From assembly GCA_963737905.1 (NCBI GenBank), contig CAVTUQ010000030.1, positions 42,250 to 106,249 of the forward strand: a DNA stretch of 64,000 bases. The letters run 5' to 3'. Made by a program: the position numbers and the translations under genes. This document shows, one piece after another, positions 10,915 through 22,182 of the stretch. This stretch comes from an uncultured delta proteobacterium. GTDB lineage: Bacteria; Desulfobacterota; Binatia; UBA9968. The notes under the pieces are model-generated. The model did not search any database, was not told the DNA's origin, and saw only the letters and a list, made by a program, of their open reading frames with translations. Position 1 is the stretch's first letter. Each line of letters starts with the position of its first letter.

Positions 10915-11670
10915 CTAGGTTTTCTGAAACGCCAATACAAAGCGATCGTCTTGGTTCCGCTGCTTGTTGACGTTGAAATCGCGCGTATCCCCAGGTTTGC
11001 GCAGCATTGTCCCTTCCTTGGCTAGGGTAAAACCTGAACCCGTGACTTCTTTGATCACTAATGCTTTGTCGATACGATGGAGCGTTTTTACCGCTTCATT
11101 GCCGGTGCCGTCTTTAGCCGAGTGATCCACGACGCCGTAAATCCCGCCACGTTTCAGAGCACCGTAAATTCTTTTGTTCATCGCGATTCGAACGTCGGGA
11201 GCTAGGTCATGGTAGTTTAAATGAATGATCACGAAGTCGAGCGATCCGTCTTGAGGCAGCGCGATCTTTTCGAAAGGACCATCGACAATCCGTACATTTG
11301 CGTAAATCGGTTGTTTCCAGCGGTCAGTGAATTCTGGCCGCGAACCGGGGTTCGTGGAATAGACCACTCCCTCTGGTCCGACCACCTGCGAAAGAATTGC
11401 GGTGTAGTATCCGCGGGCCGCCCAGATATCGGCCACCTTGTCGCCTTTCTTGACGCCGTAAAAAGCCAATACTTCGCTCGGTTTCCGCGCCGCGTCTAGG
11501 GCACGTTCCGTGTCGGGCCTTTCCGAATTTGTCAGAGCGGCTGTATAATCCTGCGATCTATTTTCCGATCTCTCGGCAGTCGAACAAGCAGCTACAAACA
11601 AAATCGATGAGATTCCTATCCACGCATAGATTCTGATCAGACCCTGTTTGCCCATAGATGACTCCTTCAT
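10915..11670 (-). CDS. Predicted SAM-dependent methyltransferase-fold lipoprotein (COG4798-like)
   Basis: Lipobox-like LFVAAC, RKPSEVLAFYG, GYYTAILS, NYHDL, VDHSA, LHRID, DRFVL. Confidence 0.8.
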   Translation of the reverse strand: MKESSMGKQGLIRIYAWIGISSILFVAACSTAERSENRSQDYTAALTNSERPDTERALDAARKPSEVLAFYGVKKGDKVADIWAARGYYTAILSQVVGPEGVVYSTNPGSRPEFTDRWKQPIYANVRIVDGPFEKIALPQDGSLDFVIIHLNYHDLAPDVRIAMNKRIYGALKRGGIYGVVDHSAKDGTGNEAVKTLHRIDKALVIKEVTGSGFTLAKEGTMLRKPGDTRDFNVNKQRNQDDRFVLAFQKT

Positions 11671-11720
11671 TAGTCGTTAGACCCGGACTAGATTCTCTCT
11701 ACTCAAACATAAGGTTCTGT

Positions 11721-12557
11721 CTACTCCCACCAACTGAACAACGGCTTCCGCCGCATGCCTTTTTCCTGTTCCGGTGTCTGTGATGGATGACTTTCACGCA
11801 TCGCCTTATCAACGTCGTACCTCAGCATCTCCCAGATCTTATCCACGCAGCGGCCAAAGTCGGGGTCCCTCATGCTCTTGAAGTTGCGCGGCCGGGGTAC
11901 GTCCACGGTGACGATGCTCTTCACCACGCTTGGCGCCGCGCTCAGGACGGCAATGCGATCACAGAGCATCACCGCCTCTTCGATATTGTGGGTAACCAGG
12001 ACCACCGTCTTTTTATCTCGTTCCCAAATGCGCAAAAGTTCTTCACGCAGGAGCAGGCGCGTCTGGGCGTCGAGACTCGCAAACGGTTCGTCCATCAAGA
12101 TCACCTCGGGATCGTTAGCCAAAGCACGGGCAATGGCTACTTTCTGCTTCATGCCGCCGGACAATTCCCCCGGCCGCGCGCCGCTGAAATCCAGCAACCG
12201 CACCATTTCCAAAAAGAATTGGCTGATACGCTTGTAAGTGTAGCGTTGCTCTTTACGAAACTCCGCACCCAAGGGGACGTTCTCCTCCACCGTCCGCCAG
12301 GGCATCAGCGCGGAGTCCTGGAAGACCATCGATACCAGCGACTGGGTTCTTTTTTCCCCGACAAATTCCACGCTCCCCTGCGTCGATTTTTCAAGGCCCG
12401 CCATGATGTGCAGCAACGTCGTCTTGCCGCAGCCCGTCGGCCCGATGATGCCGAAGAACTCTCGATCGCGCACTTCGATATCGACGCCGCCCAAGGCGCG
12501 GTTTTTTCCCTTTCCCGTCGTGAACTCTTTGGTTAAACCGTGAACAACAACTTTCAT
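11721..12557 (-). CDS. ABC transporter ATP-binding protein (TauB/SsuB-like)
   Basis: GPTGCGKTT, LSGGMKQK, ILMDEPF, VTHN. ATG at 12557 preferred over the upstream start, which lies in repeat DNA. Confidence 0.92.
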   Translation of the reverse strand: MKVVVHGLTKEFTTGKGKNRALGGVDIEVRDREFFGIIGPTGCGKTTLLHIMAGLEKSTQGSVEFVGEKRTQSLVSMVFQDSALMPWRTVEENVPLGAEFRKEQRYTYKRISQFFLEMVRLLDFSGARPGELSGGMKQKVAIARALANDPEVILMDEPFASLDAQTRLLLREELLRIWERDKKTVVLVTHNIEEAVMLCDRIAVLSAAPSVVKSIVTVDVPRPRNFKSMRDPDFGRCVDKIWEMLRYDVDKAMRESHPSQTPEQEKGMRRKPLFSWWE

Positions 12558-12720
12558 CTCTAATACTCGGAGATCTAAACCGCAAAGAACGCAAAGATCA
12601 CATAGCTTCAATAAGGCTCTCACCCTCCTGTGCGCCGGGTACTCTTTGCGTCCTGCGTTCTGTGCGGTTAGATCTTTTGTTCTTTTAATCTAAGAATCTT
12701 CTCCGACAATCACGCCCCTT

Positions 12721-13743
12721 CTACCTCGCGCTAAACATTTCATCGAACAGCTTGGCGTAGCGTTCGAAATTATCAAGAACTTCCGTGGGCGCAAAGGCGG
12801 GCCGAATCCCTTCCATTAAACGCGCATGTTCGGGCGGGACATCGATCCGATCGGGAATTCGGCTCATGCCGCGGATGAGTTCTTGTCCTCGCTTCGACAG
12901 CACGAAATCCATGAACAGCCGGGCCGCATTTGGGTGAGGCGCCTTGGCAAAAATACCGGTAGGGTGAATATTGGCGAAAACCGGATTTAGATAAACCCAA
13001 TCAACCGGCGCGCCCGCGGGTTTCAATGTTTCGAATGTCTGGGAGTAAGCCGTTAACCCGCCTTTGAACTCTCCCGCCGCAACGAGCTGTGCGACCAGAT
13101 TCCGGCCGGCCCGAAGCTGCGCCTGCTTGGCCAGCTCGCGCATAAAACTCATCCCCTTTTCATCACCCATCGCTTTGATCAGTGTGCCGAACCACTCGTA
13201 AGGCCTGCTGTCCATGCCAATCTGACCTTTCCACTCCGGCTTCAATAGATCGTCGTAAGACTTCGGCACGCTCGTCTTGGGCACGGTTCGAGTGTTGTAG
13301 CCGAACGCGGCATAGTTCGTATAGATCGACGTCCAGGTCGCCTGCGGGTCCTTGTATCCTTCTCTAAAGTATTTACGCTCCGGCGAATCGTAGGACGCAA
13401 ACACCCCGCGCTTTTTTAAATTGTGTCCGTAGAAACTCGTCGTCATCGCTACATCCCAAAGATATTGGCCGGCGCGGGCTTCGGTTAGAATTCTCTCCAT
13501 GAGCGCGGCGTCGGTGGTCCGATAAAATACCGCGTCAATCTTCGGGTATAGCTGCTTGAATCCGTCGGTGAGCGTCTTAGAATCGGCCGCGTTGAAGGAA
13601 GCGTAGAACATGAATTTCCCTTCCGCTTCCGCGCGGTCTTTGACTTCCGCCGCGCCAGTGAAGATCGGCGATATCCACGCCCAGGCGGTGAAAAGGACCA
13701 ATGCAATGCAGCCAACTTGCTTCACAGAACTAGCTCTCTCCAT
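12721..13743 (-). CDS. Extracellular solute-binding protein (Fe3+/AfuA-like family)
   Basis: Signal peptide, AEAEGK, YNTRTVP..VPKSYDDLLKPEWKG, APHPNAARLFMDFVLS. Confidence 0.85.
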   Translation of the reverse strand: MERASSVKQVGCIALVLFTAWAWISPIFTGAAEVKDRAEAEGKFMFYASFNAADSKTLTDGFKQLYPKIDAVFYRTTDAALMERILTEARAGQYLWDVAMTTSFYGHNLKKRGVFASYDSPERKYFREGYKDPQATWTSIYTNYAAFGYNTRTVPKTSVPKSYDDLLKPEWKGQIGMDSRPYEWFGTLIKAMGDEKGMSFMRELAKQAQLRAGRNLVAQLVAAGEFKGGLTAYSQTFETLKPAGAPVDWVYLNPVFANIHPTGIFAKAPHPNAARLFMDFVLSKRGQELIRGMSRIPDRIDVPPEHARLMEGIRPAFAPTEVLDNFERYAKLFDEMFSAR

Positions 13744-13805
13744 GAGTTTGCTTCTCGATGCCGGGTTGATCCCGAGACTCGAAACCCGAAACGCGAAACC
13801 CAACG

Positions 13806-14528
13806 TCATGGCATTTCGGCAAGCAAGCGTCCGTAACCCATCACCGGCTCGTTTAGTTGGAGGATCTTCTTCGTAGCCCAAACTTGTGCCGGGATACTCG
13901 AAACCACCGTGGTTTTCAGATCCTTTTCTAGCATCTCGAGAACCGGCAAGTTGTGCCAGCCGGCGCCCAACATGTAGATCCCGTCGGCCGGACCATGCTC
14001 AAGGAAGACTTTCTTGGCAAAACCGTAGATCGCCTCTGGAGAAAGCTTCCCGGCATCTTTGAACGGCACTTCGATTCCCTTCATCGCTTTCACTTCGAAG
14101 CCATCATCCTCCAAAAATTTGGCGAAGCGGCGGTTCATGTCGTCTTGGAAGTAAGTAATACCTACCAGTTTTTTCATTCCCAAAGCACGAAAAGCATCGA
14201 CTTGCGCCATCGTCGCCACCAGCACCGGAATACCGTATCTTTTCGATAGCCGGTCAGAGATCTCACGGTCCGCACCGTGGCCGCGCACCATCGTTGGAGG
14301 CGCCCCCATGATCATGACGACATCGGCGCCCAGCTCGGCCAAACGTGCTACTTTTTTTTCGGCCACCGACAACGCTTCCTGAAGCTCTTGCTCATTGCCG
14401 GCTCGGATGCCGGCGTGGCACGGTATGAACCCCACGCCCTCCGGCATGAGCTTGATAAAACTTTCCATCGAACCCGGTCGATAAGTGGGCTTAACCAATC
14501 CGACAACTCCTCGCGCGCCGTAATACAT
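13806..14528 (-). CDS. Maleate isomerase / arylmalonate decarboxylase (Asp/Glu racemase) family protein lacking the catalytic cysteines
   Basis: LGADVVMIMGAPP, ALGMKKL..ITYF, ADGIYMLGAGW, LEKDLKTTVVSS, GYGRLL. Confidence 0.82.
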   Translation of the reverse strand: MYYGARGVVGLVKPTYRPGSMESFIKLMPEGVGFIPCHAGIRAGNEQELQEALSVAEKKVARLAELGADVVMIMGAPPTMVRGHGADREISDRLSKRYGIPVLVATMAQVDAFRALGMKKLVGITYFQDDMNRRFAKFLEDDGFEVKAMKGIEVPFKDAGKLSPEAIYGFAKKVFLEHGPADGIYMLGAGWHNLPVLEMLEKDLKTTVVSSIPAQVWATKKILQLNEPVMGYGRLLAEMP

Positions 14529-14557
14529 CTCTCTTCTTCTCCTGCCACGATAATAGA

Positions 14558-14586
14558 GTAGGGGCGGGTTTCAAACCCGCCCCTAC
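14558..14586. repeat. GTAG-family REP palindrome
   Basis: gtaggggcgggtttcaaacccgcccctac is a near-perfect hairpin. Second copy at 26848. Confidence 0.85.
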
Positions 14587-14632
14587 GGATCTGCGTTCTA
14601 TGCGTTCTTTGCGGTCAAAAATATACTTTCCG

Positions 14633-16348
14633 TTATGCTGCGGCCCTCAGCCCTGCACCGTTGCCGTTGCCCAGGACCTTACCCGGAAGAGCGCCGGTGT
14701 GATTGCCCTTTTCGACCAGCACTTCGCCGTTGACGAGAGTCATCTCGATGCCCACCGCTTTTTGAATGAAGCGTCTTTCGTTGGCCGGCAAGTCCTGCAC
14801 CATCTCTGGCTCGCACTCGCGGATCGTTGACGGATCGAAGAGCACCAGATCCGCCGCCATGCCGCGCCTGATTAAACCACGATCGTGCAAACCGAAGATC
14901 GAGGCGACCATGAAAGTCAGCTTGCGCACGCCCTCTTCCAGGCTCATGACGTTTTTCTCGCGGATCCAGTAGCCCAATAGCCGCGTCGCATAGCCGAAAC
15001 CGGCGTCGTAAATCAGATGGGCACCGGCGTCGGACTGGCCGACGAGAGTAAACGGGCTCCGGATGATCTCCGCCACCGCTTCTTCGTCGCCGTTGGTGCT
15101 GGAAGTTTGAAATTCTGTATCCAATCCCTCTTCCAAGGACAGATCCAGGAAGGCGTCGATGACGTCCTGGCCGCGAATTTTGGCGATCTCCGCCACACTT
15201 TTTTTCTCCAGATGTTTATTTGCCGGCGTCGCGGCCTTGATGAGATACACGAGATCCCAGCGCCGCGAGAACCGCGAAGATTTTTTCTCCTCCACCGCTT
15301 CGTAGCGCATCTTGCGCCGCGTCTCCGGATCGCGGATCGCTGCGATCCGAGCGTCAAGCGGTAAGAAGAGAATCGTTTTCCAAGTCGGCAGATCGTCGAA
15401 CACCTGGGCGTTTTTCATGGTGAGACGGTTATTGAACAGCCGCGCGTTGCACAGCGGATAGGATTGCACGCCGCGCTCCAAGGATTCCTTCGCCAGATCC
15501 AGCAGCTGGCGCCATTCATTCGGTTTATCCCAACGATGCGCGATGCTCTGCCAGATCACCGGCCGCCCGGATCGGGACGAGATCTCATCGAACAATTGCA
15601 CCGTCTCGCGCATCGGCACCGAGACTCCAAGCGAACCCCGGGAAATCTGCACCGCGCCTTGATTGATCTCGCCCAGCGCGCAGGCCAACTCGATGATTTC
15701 TTCATCGGTGGCGAATCGGCTTTGGATGGGCGTCCCGTCAGCAAACATGTGCACCGGATTTTGATTGGTCGAGAAGCCCATGGCGCCCGCGCGCACGCCG
15801 GCTTTAAGAATCTCTTTCATCTGGTGGATTTCCGTCGGAGTGGCGGCTCGTTCCGTGGCGGCATTGCCCATCACGAACTGCCTGAGCGCGCAGTGCCCCA
15901 TCAAGGCGGCGACGTTGACGCCAAGATGACCGCGCAGCTTATCCAAATATTGCGGAAACGTCGTCCAACCCCACTCGACGCCGGCCCGCAAAGCCGGCAG
16001 CGAGATCGCTTCGACTCTTTCGAAGCTCTTGAGAATCGTGTCCCGGTCCTCCTCCTTACAGGGTGCGAGCGCAAGCGCGCAGTTTCCCGGAATAACCGTC
16101 GTCACACCGTGAAAGCAGGAGGATGTTGCCAGCGGATCCCATAATAACTGCGCATCGAGATGAGTATGAAAATCGATAAAGCCCGGTGATACCGCAAGCC
16201 CGTCGGCTTGGACCACGCGCTTCGCCTCGCCGCCGATCCGCCCCGTTTCAACGATCCGCCCATCTTTAACCGCCACATCGCCAAGGTACGAGGGCATTCC
16301 GCTGCCGTCGTAGATCCGACCGCCTTTGATAACCAGGTCATAAGCCAT
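14633..16348 (-). CDS. N-acyl-D-amino-acid deacylase-like amidohydrolase
   Basis: PGFIDFHTHLD, GVTTVIPGNC, GHCALR, SDAGAH, ADLVLFD, VNGEV...TGALPG. Confidence 0.9.
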   Translation of the reverse strand: MAYDLVIKGGRIYDGSGMPSYLGDVAVKDGRIVETGRIGGEAKRVVQADGLAVSPGFIDFHTHLDAQLLWDPLATSSCFHGVTTVIPGNCALALAPCKEEDRDTILKSFERVEAISLPALRAGVEWGWTTFPQYLDKLRGHLGVNVAALMGHCALRQFVMGNAATERAATPTEIHQMKEILKAGVRAGAMGFSTNQNPVHMFADGTPIQSRFATDEEIIELACALGEINQGAVQISRGSLGVSVPMRETVQLFDEISSRSGRPVIWQSIAHRWDKPNEWRQLLDLAKESLERGVQSYPLCNARLFNNRLTMKNAQVFDDLPTWKTILFLPLDARIAAIRDPETRRKMRYEAVEEKKSSRFSRRWDLVYLIKAATPANKHLEKKSVAEIAKIRGQDVIDAFLDLSLEEGLDTEFQTSSTNGDEEAVAEIIRSPFTLVGQSDAGAHLIYDAGFGYATRLLGYWIREKNVMSLEEGVRKLTFMVASIFGLHDRGLIRRGMAADLVLFDPSTIRECEPEMVQDLPANERRFIQKAVGIEMTLVNGEVLVEKGNHTGALPGKVLGNGNGAGLRAAA

Positions 16349-16474
16349 ACGCCACCCTCCTCGTTTTCGGTAACATTACACCGAGCTTATCGACAGACCT
16401 ACATTGATGTCAACCAACGAGACTTATCGTCTGCACGCCGAGGCTCTTTGTTTCACAAGATCGGGCCCAAAGCC

Positions 16475-19400
16475 TCAGGAAAGCAGAAGCTCCAGGTCCT
16501 CGCGAGTCAAATTGTGAAGCAGGCTGTTGTCGGCGGTAATGATGGCGTCGGCCAGGTCACGCTTGGTTTGCTGCAACTCGATCACCTTTTCCTCCACCGT
16601 GTCGCGAGCGATGAGCCGATAAGCAAACACCTGACGCGTCTGTCCGATTCGGTGTGCCCGGTCGATGGCCTGAGTCTCAACCGCAGGGTTCCACCAGGGG
16701 TCGAGAAGATAGACGTATTCGGCCGCGTGCAGGTTGAGCCCCAGGCCGCCCGCCTTCAAGCTGATGAGAAACAGCTTCAAATTCGGATCATTTTGGAATT
16801 GCTCGACCGGCCACTCGCGGTCGCGCGTTCGTCCGTCCAGGTAGGCATAGGGAATCTTGGCCCCATCGAGCCGGCTCCTCAAAATTGCGAGCAGGCTCGT
16901 AAATTGAGAAAAAACCAAAATTTTATGCCCCTCATCGAGCACCTGATCGAGCTGCGCCAAGAGCGTGTCGATCTTGGCGCTCGGCTCCCCGGCCTTCTTT
17001 TTATCGATCAGGCCGGGATGGCAGGCCGCCTGGCGGAGGCGCAGCAGCGCTTCGAGCACCTGGAACTTTATCTGGCTTATGCCGTTACCACCGGCGTTTT
17101 TCAACAGCCGTCCGCGGTAATAGTCACGCAGCTCGTCATAGAGTTTTCTATCCCGGGGCTCGAGATCGCAATAAATCGTCTGCTCGGTTTTCGGCGGCAG
17201 CTCCCGCGCGACCTCGTCCTTCGTCCGCCGCAGGATAAAAGGCCTCAAGGCCCGTGCCAGCACACTCCTTGTGGCAGGGTCGGGATTTCTCCCCGCGCGG
17301 CCAAACACCGACGCGCTCCCGAGCATTCCCGGGTTGAGAAACTCGAAAAGGCTCCAGAGCTCGCCCAGATGGTTTTCCACCGGCGTACCGCTCAAAGCCA
17401 GCCGATGATCAGCGCTGAGCAGACGAGCGGCTTTGGCGGAGAGAGTCCCGGCATTCTTGATGGCTTGGGCTTCATCGAGAATGCAGTAGTCGAAACGCAG
17501 GTCTTTGAACTGCAGCGCATCCCGCCGCAGCGTACCGTAGGTCGTAAGCACCACGTCGTACTCATCGAAATGATCGCCGGGTTTGAGACGGGCCCCTCCC
17601 GTGTGATCGAGAACGCGCAGCTTGGGTGCAAATTGAAGCGCCTCCTTCTTCCAGTGAAAGACCAGCGAACGCGGCACAACGACGAGCGATGGACGGCGAG
17701 ATTGATTGTCAACTTGAACGCGGAGATCGCGTCGCGATTCCAAAAGCGCGAGGACCTGAATCGTCTTGCCCAACCCCATGTCGTCGGCCAAACACCCACC
17801 GAAGCCGAAGCGCTGGAGAAAATAGAGCCAGCCTAATCCCTCCCGTTGGTAACCGCGCAAACGGCCGGAAAACTCAGTCGGCGGGTCGGCAGATCTGATC
17901 CCGACAAAGGTCCTGAGCTCCTGGCGCACCTGCTCGAAGGTTGCGTCGGCGCTCACCGCCGGTTCCGAAGCCAGTAAAGCATCTAAGAGGCCCGCCTGCG
18001 GTCGCGTAAAGCGGATGTAATTTTTCTCGACGCTTCCAAGGCCGGCGAGAAAGCCGTATTTTTTCATCCACTCTTCGGGAATAATCCCCAAGGTGCCGTC
18101 GTCGAGGGGTACAGTTTGCTCGCCTTGCTTGATCGCACGCAACAGCCGTGGCAACGCCACCTTCGTATCGCCGAATTGCGCGCCGCCCTCGAGCTCGAAC
18201 CAATCGACGCCGGAGCTGATGTCCATCGTCAGCGCACCCGCGTTCCGGTAAAGCTTGCCTTCGGCTTCGACATGCCAGCCTTCATTTGTCAAGGTGCGCA
18301 CGACTTTGGGAAGCTGGTCGGGTGACAATCCGAGGTCAGAATCTTTGCTGGAATAACCGCTACGAAAACCGAGCTGCACAAGTCGCTTTTCGGCTGCGTT
18401 TTCAACCTCAGGGTCACGCCGTATCAGCCGGCGTCGCTCTTTTTGAAAGATCCCGCCGCCCTCGTGATCGTGCTGGACCCTCTCGCCTTCATAATCAAAG
18501 GACAGCTTTCCCAGCAGATGGGGCCGGGCCCAAGGATGACGCTCTCCGGGCTTGATGATCAAGTTGGGTTTCGGGCGCGGCGTAAGCAGTTCGAATTTGA
18601 GTTCCTCGGGAAGGTCCAGATTGGGCTGTCGTGAGAAGCGCAGCAGCTCCGCAAGAAAAGTCTCGCCCTCTTCGTTGGGAATCGACAGAGCGCCCTGCGC
18701 GCGCAGCAGGGAAATCCAGGCAAAGGCGCCGTGGTCGTTAAGACGCGCAATCCAACTGTCCCAGAACACCAAACCACCAGCGAGGAGCAAGACCGGTTTC
18801 GCCAGCTCCATCTCCGCCTCGCCGCGCCGTAGCACGCCTTTGACGGAATAGTTCCCAGTGTTGCTTTCACGCGTGACTTTAAGGCACAAATCCCACGCAT
18901 CCCCATCATCCCAATAGACTGCCGGATGTTCTTTGGCAAGGATAGACACCCGCAAAAAACAACGCGCCGTCGCGCACATGAGCGGCAGCACGACATCCCA
19001 TAGAGGCCGGGGCACGACAAACTCGGGATATACCGATTCGCTATAGTAAGGCGAGTAGCCATACGCGGCCCCCGGCCGCGAGCCGAAGAGAATCGCCAGA
19101 ATTCGCCGGTCCCTCGGATCCACCAGGTCATTGATCTCATGGAGGCCGAGCTTTTTTGTCTTGAGCTTCCCCCATTCACCGTTAATCTTTTTGTCGCGCT
19201 GGGCCACTTCAACGGTAAGCCGCTCTTGGGCCAACGTTGCCCCCGCATTGATGATGTACACGAATTCGCGCTCCGGTGCCGTCGTGAATCGCAAGCGACC
19301 TTCATCGGCCCCCATCTTCGCCAGCAGCGGCTGCAGTTGCTTTCTCCAACCCGGCGGCGGCGCCGGCTTCTTCACCAACGCTGGTCTTGGATAATGCCTC

Positions 19401-19738
19401 TCGGGGAACACTTCCGGAATCGCTTCGGAAAAGTCGGGCGCCGCGAAATCGCCGGCTCCCTTTAGATAGCCTTTCTGCTCCGCCGCGAGACAGGCCGCCC
19501 AGATGTGCTTGCAAGGCTCGAAATCTCTCTCGAAGTACGGGCAGGTGCATGAGTAATCCAAGAAGCCGTCCACACTGGAAATGGTGACGTCATATTGGAT
19601 CGTCCCTTGAACAACGGCGTTTATGGACAACGCATCGCCTTTAATACGCTTCACTGCGCCGCTCAAGAAATACTGCCGGCCCCGCTGCTGGGAGAGTCTA
19701 CCCACTTCGTCGGACAACTCTTCTGTGAGATAACCCAT
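16475..19738 (-). CDS. SWIM zinc finger + SNF2-family helicase
   Basis: CTCPY..PCKHIWA (SWIM), LRGYQREG, LADDMGLGKT, ILDEAQ, LSGTPVEN, DPWWNP, DRAHRIGQ. Confidence 0.95.
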   Translation of the reverse strand: MGYLTEELSDEVGRLSQQRGRQYFLSGAVKRIKGDALSINAVVQGTIQYDVTISSVDGFLDYSCTCPYFERDFEPCKHIWAACLAAEQKGYLKGAGDFAAPDFSEAIPEVFPERHYPRPALVKKPAPPPGWRKQLQPLLAKMGADEGRLRFTTAPEREFVYIINAGATLAQERLTVEVAQRDKKINGEWGKLKTKKLGLHEINDLVDPRDRRILAILFGSRPGAAYGYSPYYSESVYPEFVVPRPLWDVVLPLMCATARCFLRVSILAKEHPAVYWDDGDAWDLCLKVTRESNTGNYSVKGVLRRGEAEMELAKPVLLLAGGLVFWDSWIARLNDHGAFAWISLLRAQGALSIPNEEGETFLAELLRFSRQPNLDLPEELKFELLTPRPKPNLIIKPGERHPWARPHLLGKLSFDYEGERVQHDHEGGGIFQKERRRLIRRDPEVENAAEKRLVQLGFRSGYSSKDSDLGLSPDQLPKVVRTLTNEGWHVEAEGKLYRNAGALTMDISSGVDWFELEGGAQFGDTKVALPRLLRAIKQGEQTVPLDDGTLGIIPEEWMKKYGFLAGLGSVEKNYIRFTRPQAGLLDALLASEPAVSADATFEQVRQELRTFVGIRSADPPTEFSGRLRGYQREGLGWLYFLQRFGFGGCLADDMGLGKTIQVLALLESRRDLRVQVDNQSRRPSLVVVPRSLVFHWKKEALQFAPKLRVLDHTGGARLKPGDHFDEYDVVLTTYGTLRRDALQFKDLRFDYCILDEAQAIKNAGTLSAKAARLLSADHRLALSGTPVENHLGELWSLFEFLNPGMLGSASVFGRAGRNPDPATRSVLARALRPFILRRTKDEVARELPPKTEQTIYCDLEPRDRKLYDELRDYYRGRLLKNAGGNGISQIKFQVLEALLRLRQAACHPGLIDKKKAGEPSAKIDTLLAQLDQVLDEGHKILVFSQFTSLLAILRSRLDGAKIPYAYLDGRTRDREWPVEQFQNDPNLKLFLISLKAGGLGLNLHAAEYVYLLDPWWNPAVETQAIDRAHRIGQTRQVFAYRLIARDTVEEKVIELQQTKRDLADAIITADNSLLHNLTREDLELLLS

Positions 19739-19898
19739 ACAAAAAACTGAGTAACTTACTGGGACGAAAAAGTCTATGACCCGATCCCTAACAAGATTCG
19801 TTCAAGCCGTTCCAGTGTTCAGTCGTTCAAAACGTTCGTTGACAATCCGATTCGCTCTGTGAGAATAAGCGCAAAGCAAAAACGTGGAGGTAATGTCA

Positions 19899-20968
19899 TG
19901 AAAACAAACTCGCACCGGAAATCAAACGGCTATAACAGAGGAGGCGCAAGGCGCATCATCGATGCCGACGGCCACGTGCGCGAGACCGATGAGCAAATCA
20001 TGGACTATATGTCCGCTGGCTACCGCTCACGACGCGACGCCATGCTCTATTTTCCTCTGGTGCCGCACCATGGCTGGCACCGATCGATTCCCTCGAATGA
20101 TTATCGCCACCAAGACTTTCGCGTGCCGGACTGGCGCGAGTGGGCGGCCAAGCTCGACGAGGGCAATATTGAGCTAACCGTTCTCTATCCGACGCGCTTC
20201 ATGCACATCGGTCAGATCGGCAATCCAAAATACGCCGTGGAGCTATGCCGAGCCTATAACGATTTTCTCCACGAGCAATTTCTCATGCAAGATCGCCGCT
20301 TCCGCGGCATGGCGCTGCTGCCTCTCCAGGATGTCCCAGCGGCAGTAAACGAACTGCGCCGCGCAGTAAACCGGCATGGCATGGTGGGCGGTATCCTGCC
20401 GGCGGAAGGGTTGCCCCTGCCCCTCGGCCACGCGCTCTATCGCCCGATTTTCGTCGAGGCCGACCGTCTAGGCTGCGTCCTCTCGGTGCACTCCTGCACG
20501 TCGCTCAGAGACAACGACCGTTTTTTGCAGCCCAACGAAGTCGCCACGCTCGCCCATGTGATTCCCCAGATGCGCCAGTTTACGAATATCGTCTTCGCCG
20601 GGGTGATGAACAAACTGAAGAAACTCCGACTCGGCTTTCTCGAAGCGGGATGTGGCTGGGCTCCCTTTCTGATCAGTAAAATCGAAGAACGATTGGAGCG
20701 AGTTTCACCCAACGAGCGACCGGTGCTGCCAAGCGAGCTGCTTGCCCGGAAGCAGTTTTTCTTTCAATGCGGCGAAGAGAACACGACGGAGCGGGATGTC
20801 GAACTGCTCGGGGACGATTGCCTCCTTTGGGCCTCGGACTTTCCCCACGAAGCAACGCGCACCAACTTGCATGAGTTGGTGAAAGAATTTTTTGACCGCA
20901 AAGATTTGTCGGCCACCGCGAAGAACAAAATCGCCCACGCCAACCCAAAGCATTTCTATGACTTGTGA
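19899..20968 (+). CDS. Amidohydrolase_2 family metal-dependent hydrolase/decarboxylase
   Basis: IIDADGHV, RAYNDFL, LPLQD, FLEAGCGW, WASDFPH. Confidence 0.88.
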
Positions 20969-21077
20969 AAAAAGGGAGAGTTATATCTGCCCCCGTCAAA
21001 ACGGAAAAAACTGTCATCTTCTTAGTTTTTCCTCCAGCGGCTTGAAGACTTGAACGTTTTGAACGGCTTCAACCGAT

Positions 21078-22086
21078 TCAACGCTCTGAGAGGACCGATT
21101 TGATAAATCCGCTCTGATCTAGCTCTTTTACCAACCGGCTGTCGGCGAAATCTTCGGGTTTAGCGCCTCGGGCCTTGGGATTCTGTTTTTCCAGCCCCTG
21201 AAGCAAACTGGCGATGCCCGGGATCGAAGGATAGGGCGGGATCGAAAAATTAGATTTGATCGTGGTTTCGTAACTTTCCTCAAGAATCTCCTTGTCATCG
21301 GTCCTGAAATATCTGCCCATGACCTTTAACGCAAAATTCTTGTCCTTCTTTCCGCGAGCCGCTCCTTCGATATAAGCCTTGAGAAAGCGCCGGACAATAT
21401 CTTCCTGAGTCTTCAAGAATCTTCGCGTGGTCACCACGCCGTTAATGTGATACTCGGCCTCCAGCTTGGACATATCGAGTAGCTCTCTTAATTTGAACTT
21501 CCTCGCATTTAGCGTTGACGGCGGGCTCAAGGCTGCGGCATCGATTTTGCCTGCAACCATAGCGGTAATCGCTTCCGTCGGACCGCCGGTCTGGACCATC
21601 GTGATATCTCTTTCCGGATCTATGCCGTGTGATCGCAAAGCAAACCTGGCGGCAAGATCGGACAACGTCCCGAAGCGAGTGGTGCCGAACACCTTTCCCC
21701 TTAAGTCCTCCATTCGCTCGAAACCCGGACGCGCAAAAATCCAGAAAAGAAACTTGCGCACGATGGTGGCGACAATGACGGTGTCGGCGCCGGAAAAGTT
21801 AGCCTGGATCGACGCGGCGCCACCCAGCTGAATAATCGGCAGATCTCCTGCGAGCATCGCCTGGAGCGCGAGCGAGCTTCCGGGGATACTGATAGCTTCG
21901 ACGTTGAGGCCGTTCTTTTCGTAAAAATTCCCATCCTTGGCCAGCCACAACGACATCTGAGTGGCCGACGCAGAACCACCGCCGACCCTGATCTTTTCAA
22001 GGTTTTTCTCCTGCGCGAGAACATTCGAGAGACAAAGCAGCCCTGTGACTACAGTGACAAGAACCACGCGGATAGCTTTTTTTCAT
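21078..22086 (-). CDS. NMT1/THI5-type ABC solute-binding protein
   Basis: Signal peptide, LWLAKDGNFYEKNGL, DLRGKVFG, ELDQSGFI. The ATG at 22086 is out of frame by one base in a poly-A run (MKKAIRVVL if one A is removed). Confidence 0.88.
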
Positions 22087-22182
22087 GGTTTTCCTTTCGG
22101 CTCAAAGACTACGCCATGACGCGGGCAACCGTCATCAGCGGCTGCCACTACGAGGCCTGCGGTCTGGGAATCACTTTTGAAT

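Noticed and set aside
16208-17836. 542-aa ORF on the + strand
   Set aside because: Antisense shadow of the SNF2 helicase with no recognisable motifs. Such shadows are common opposite GC-rich, codon-biased genes.
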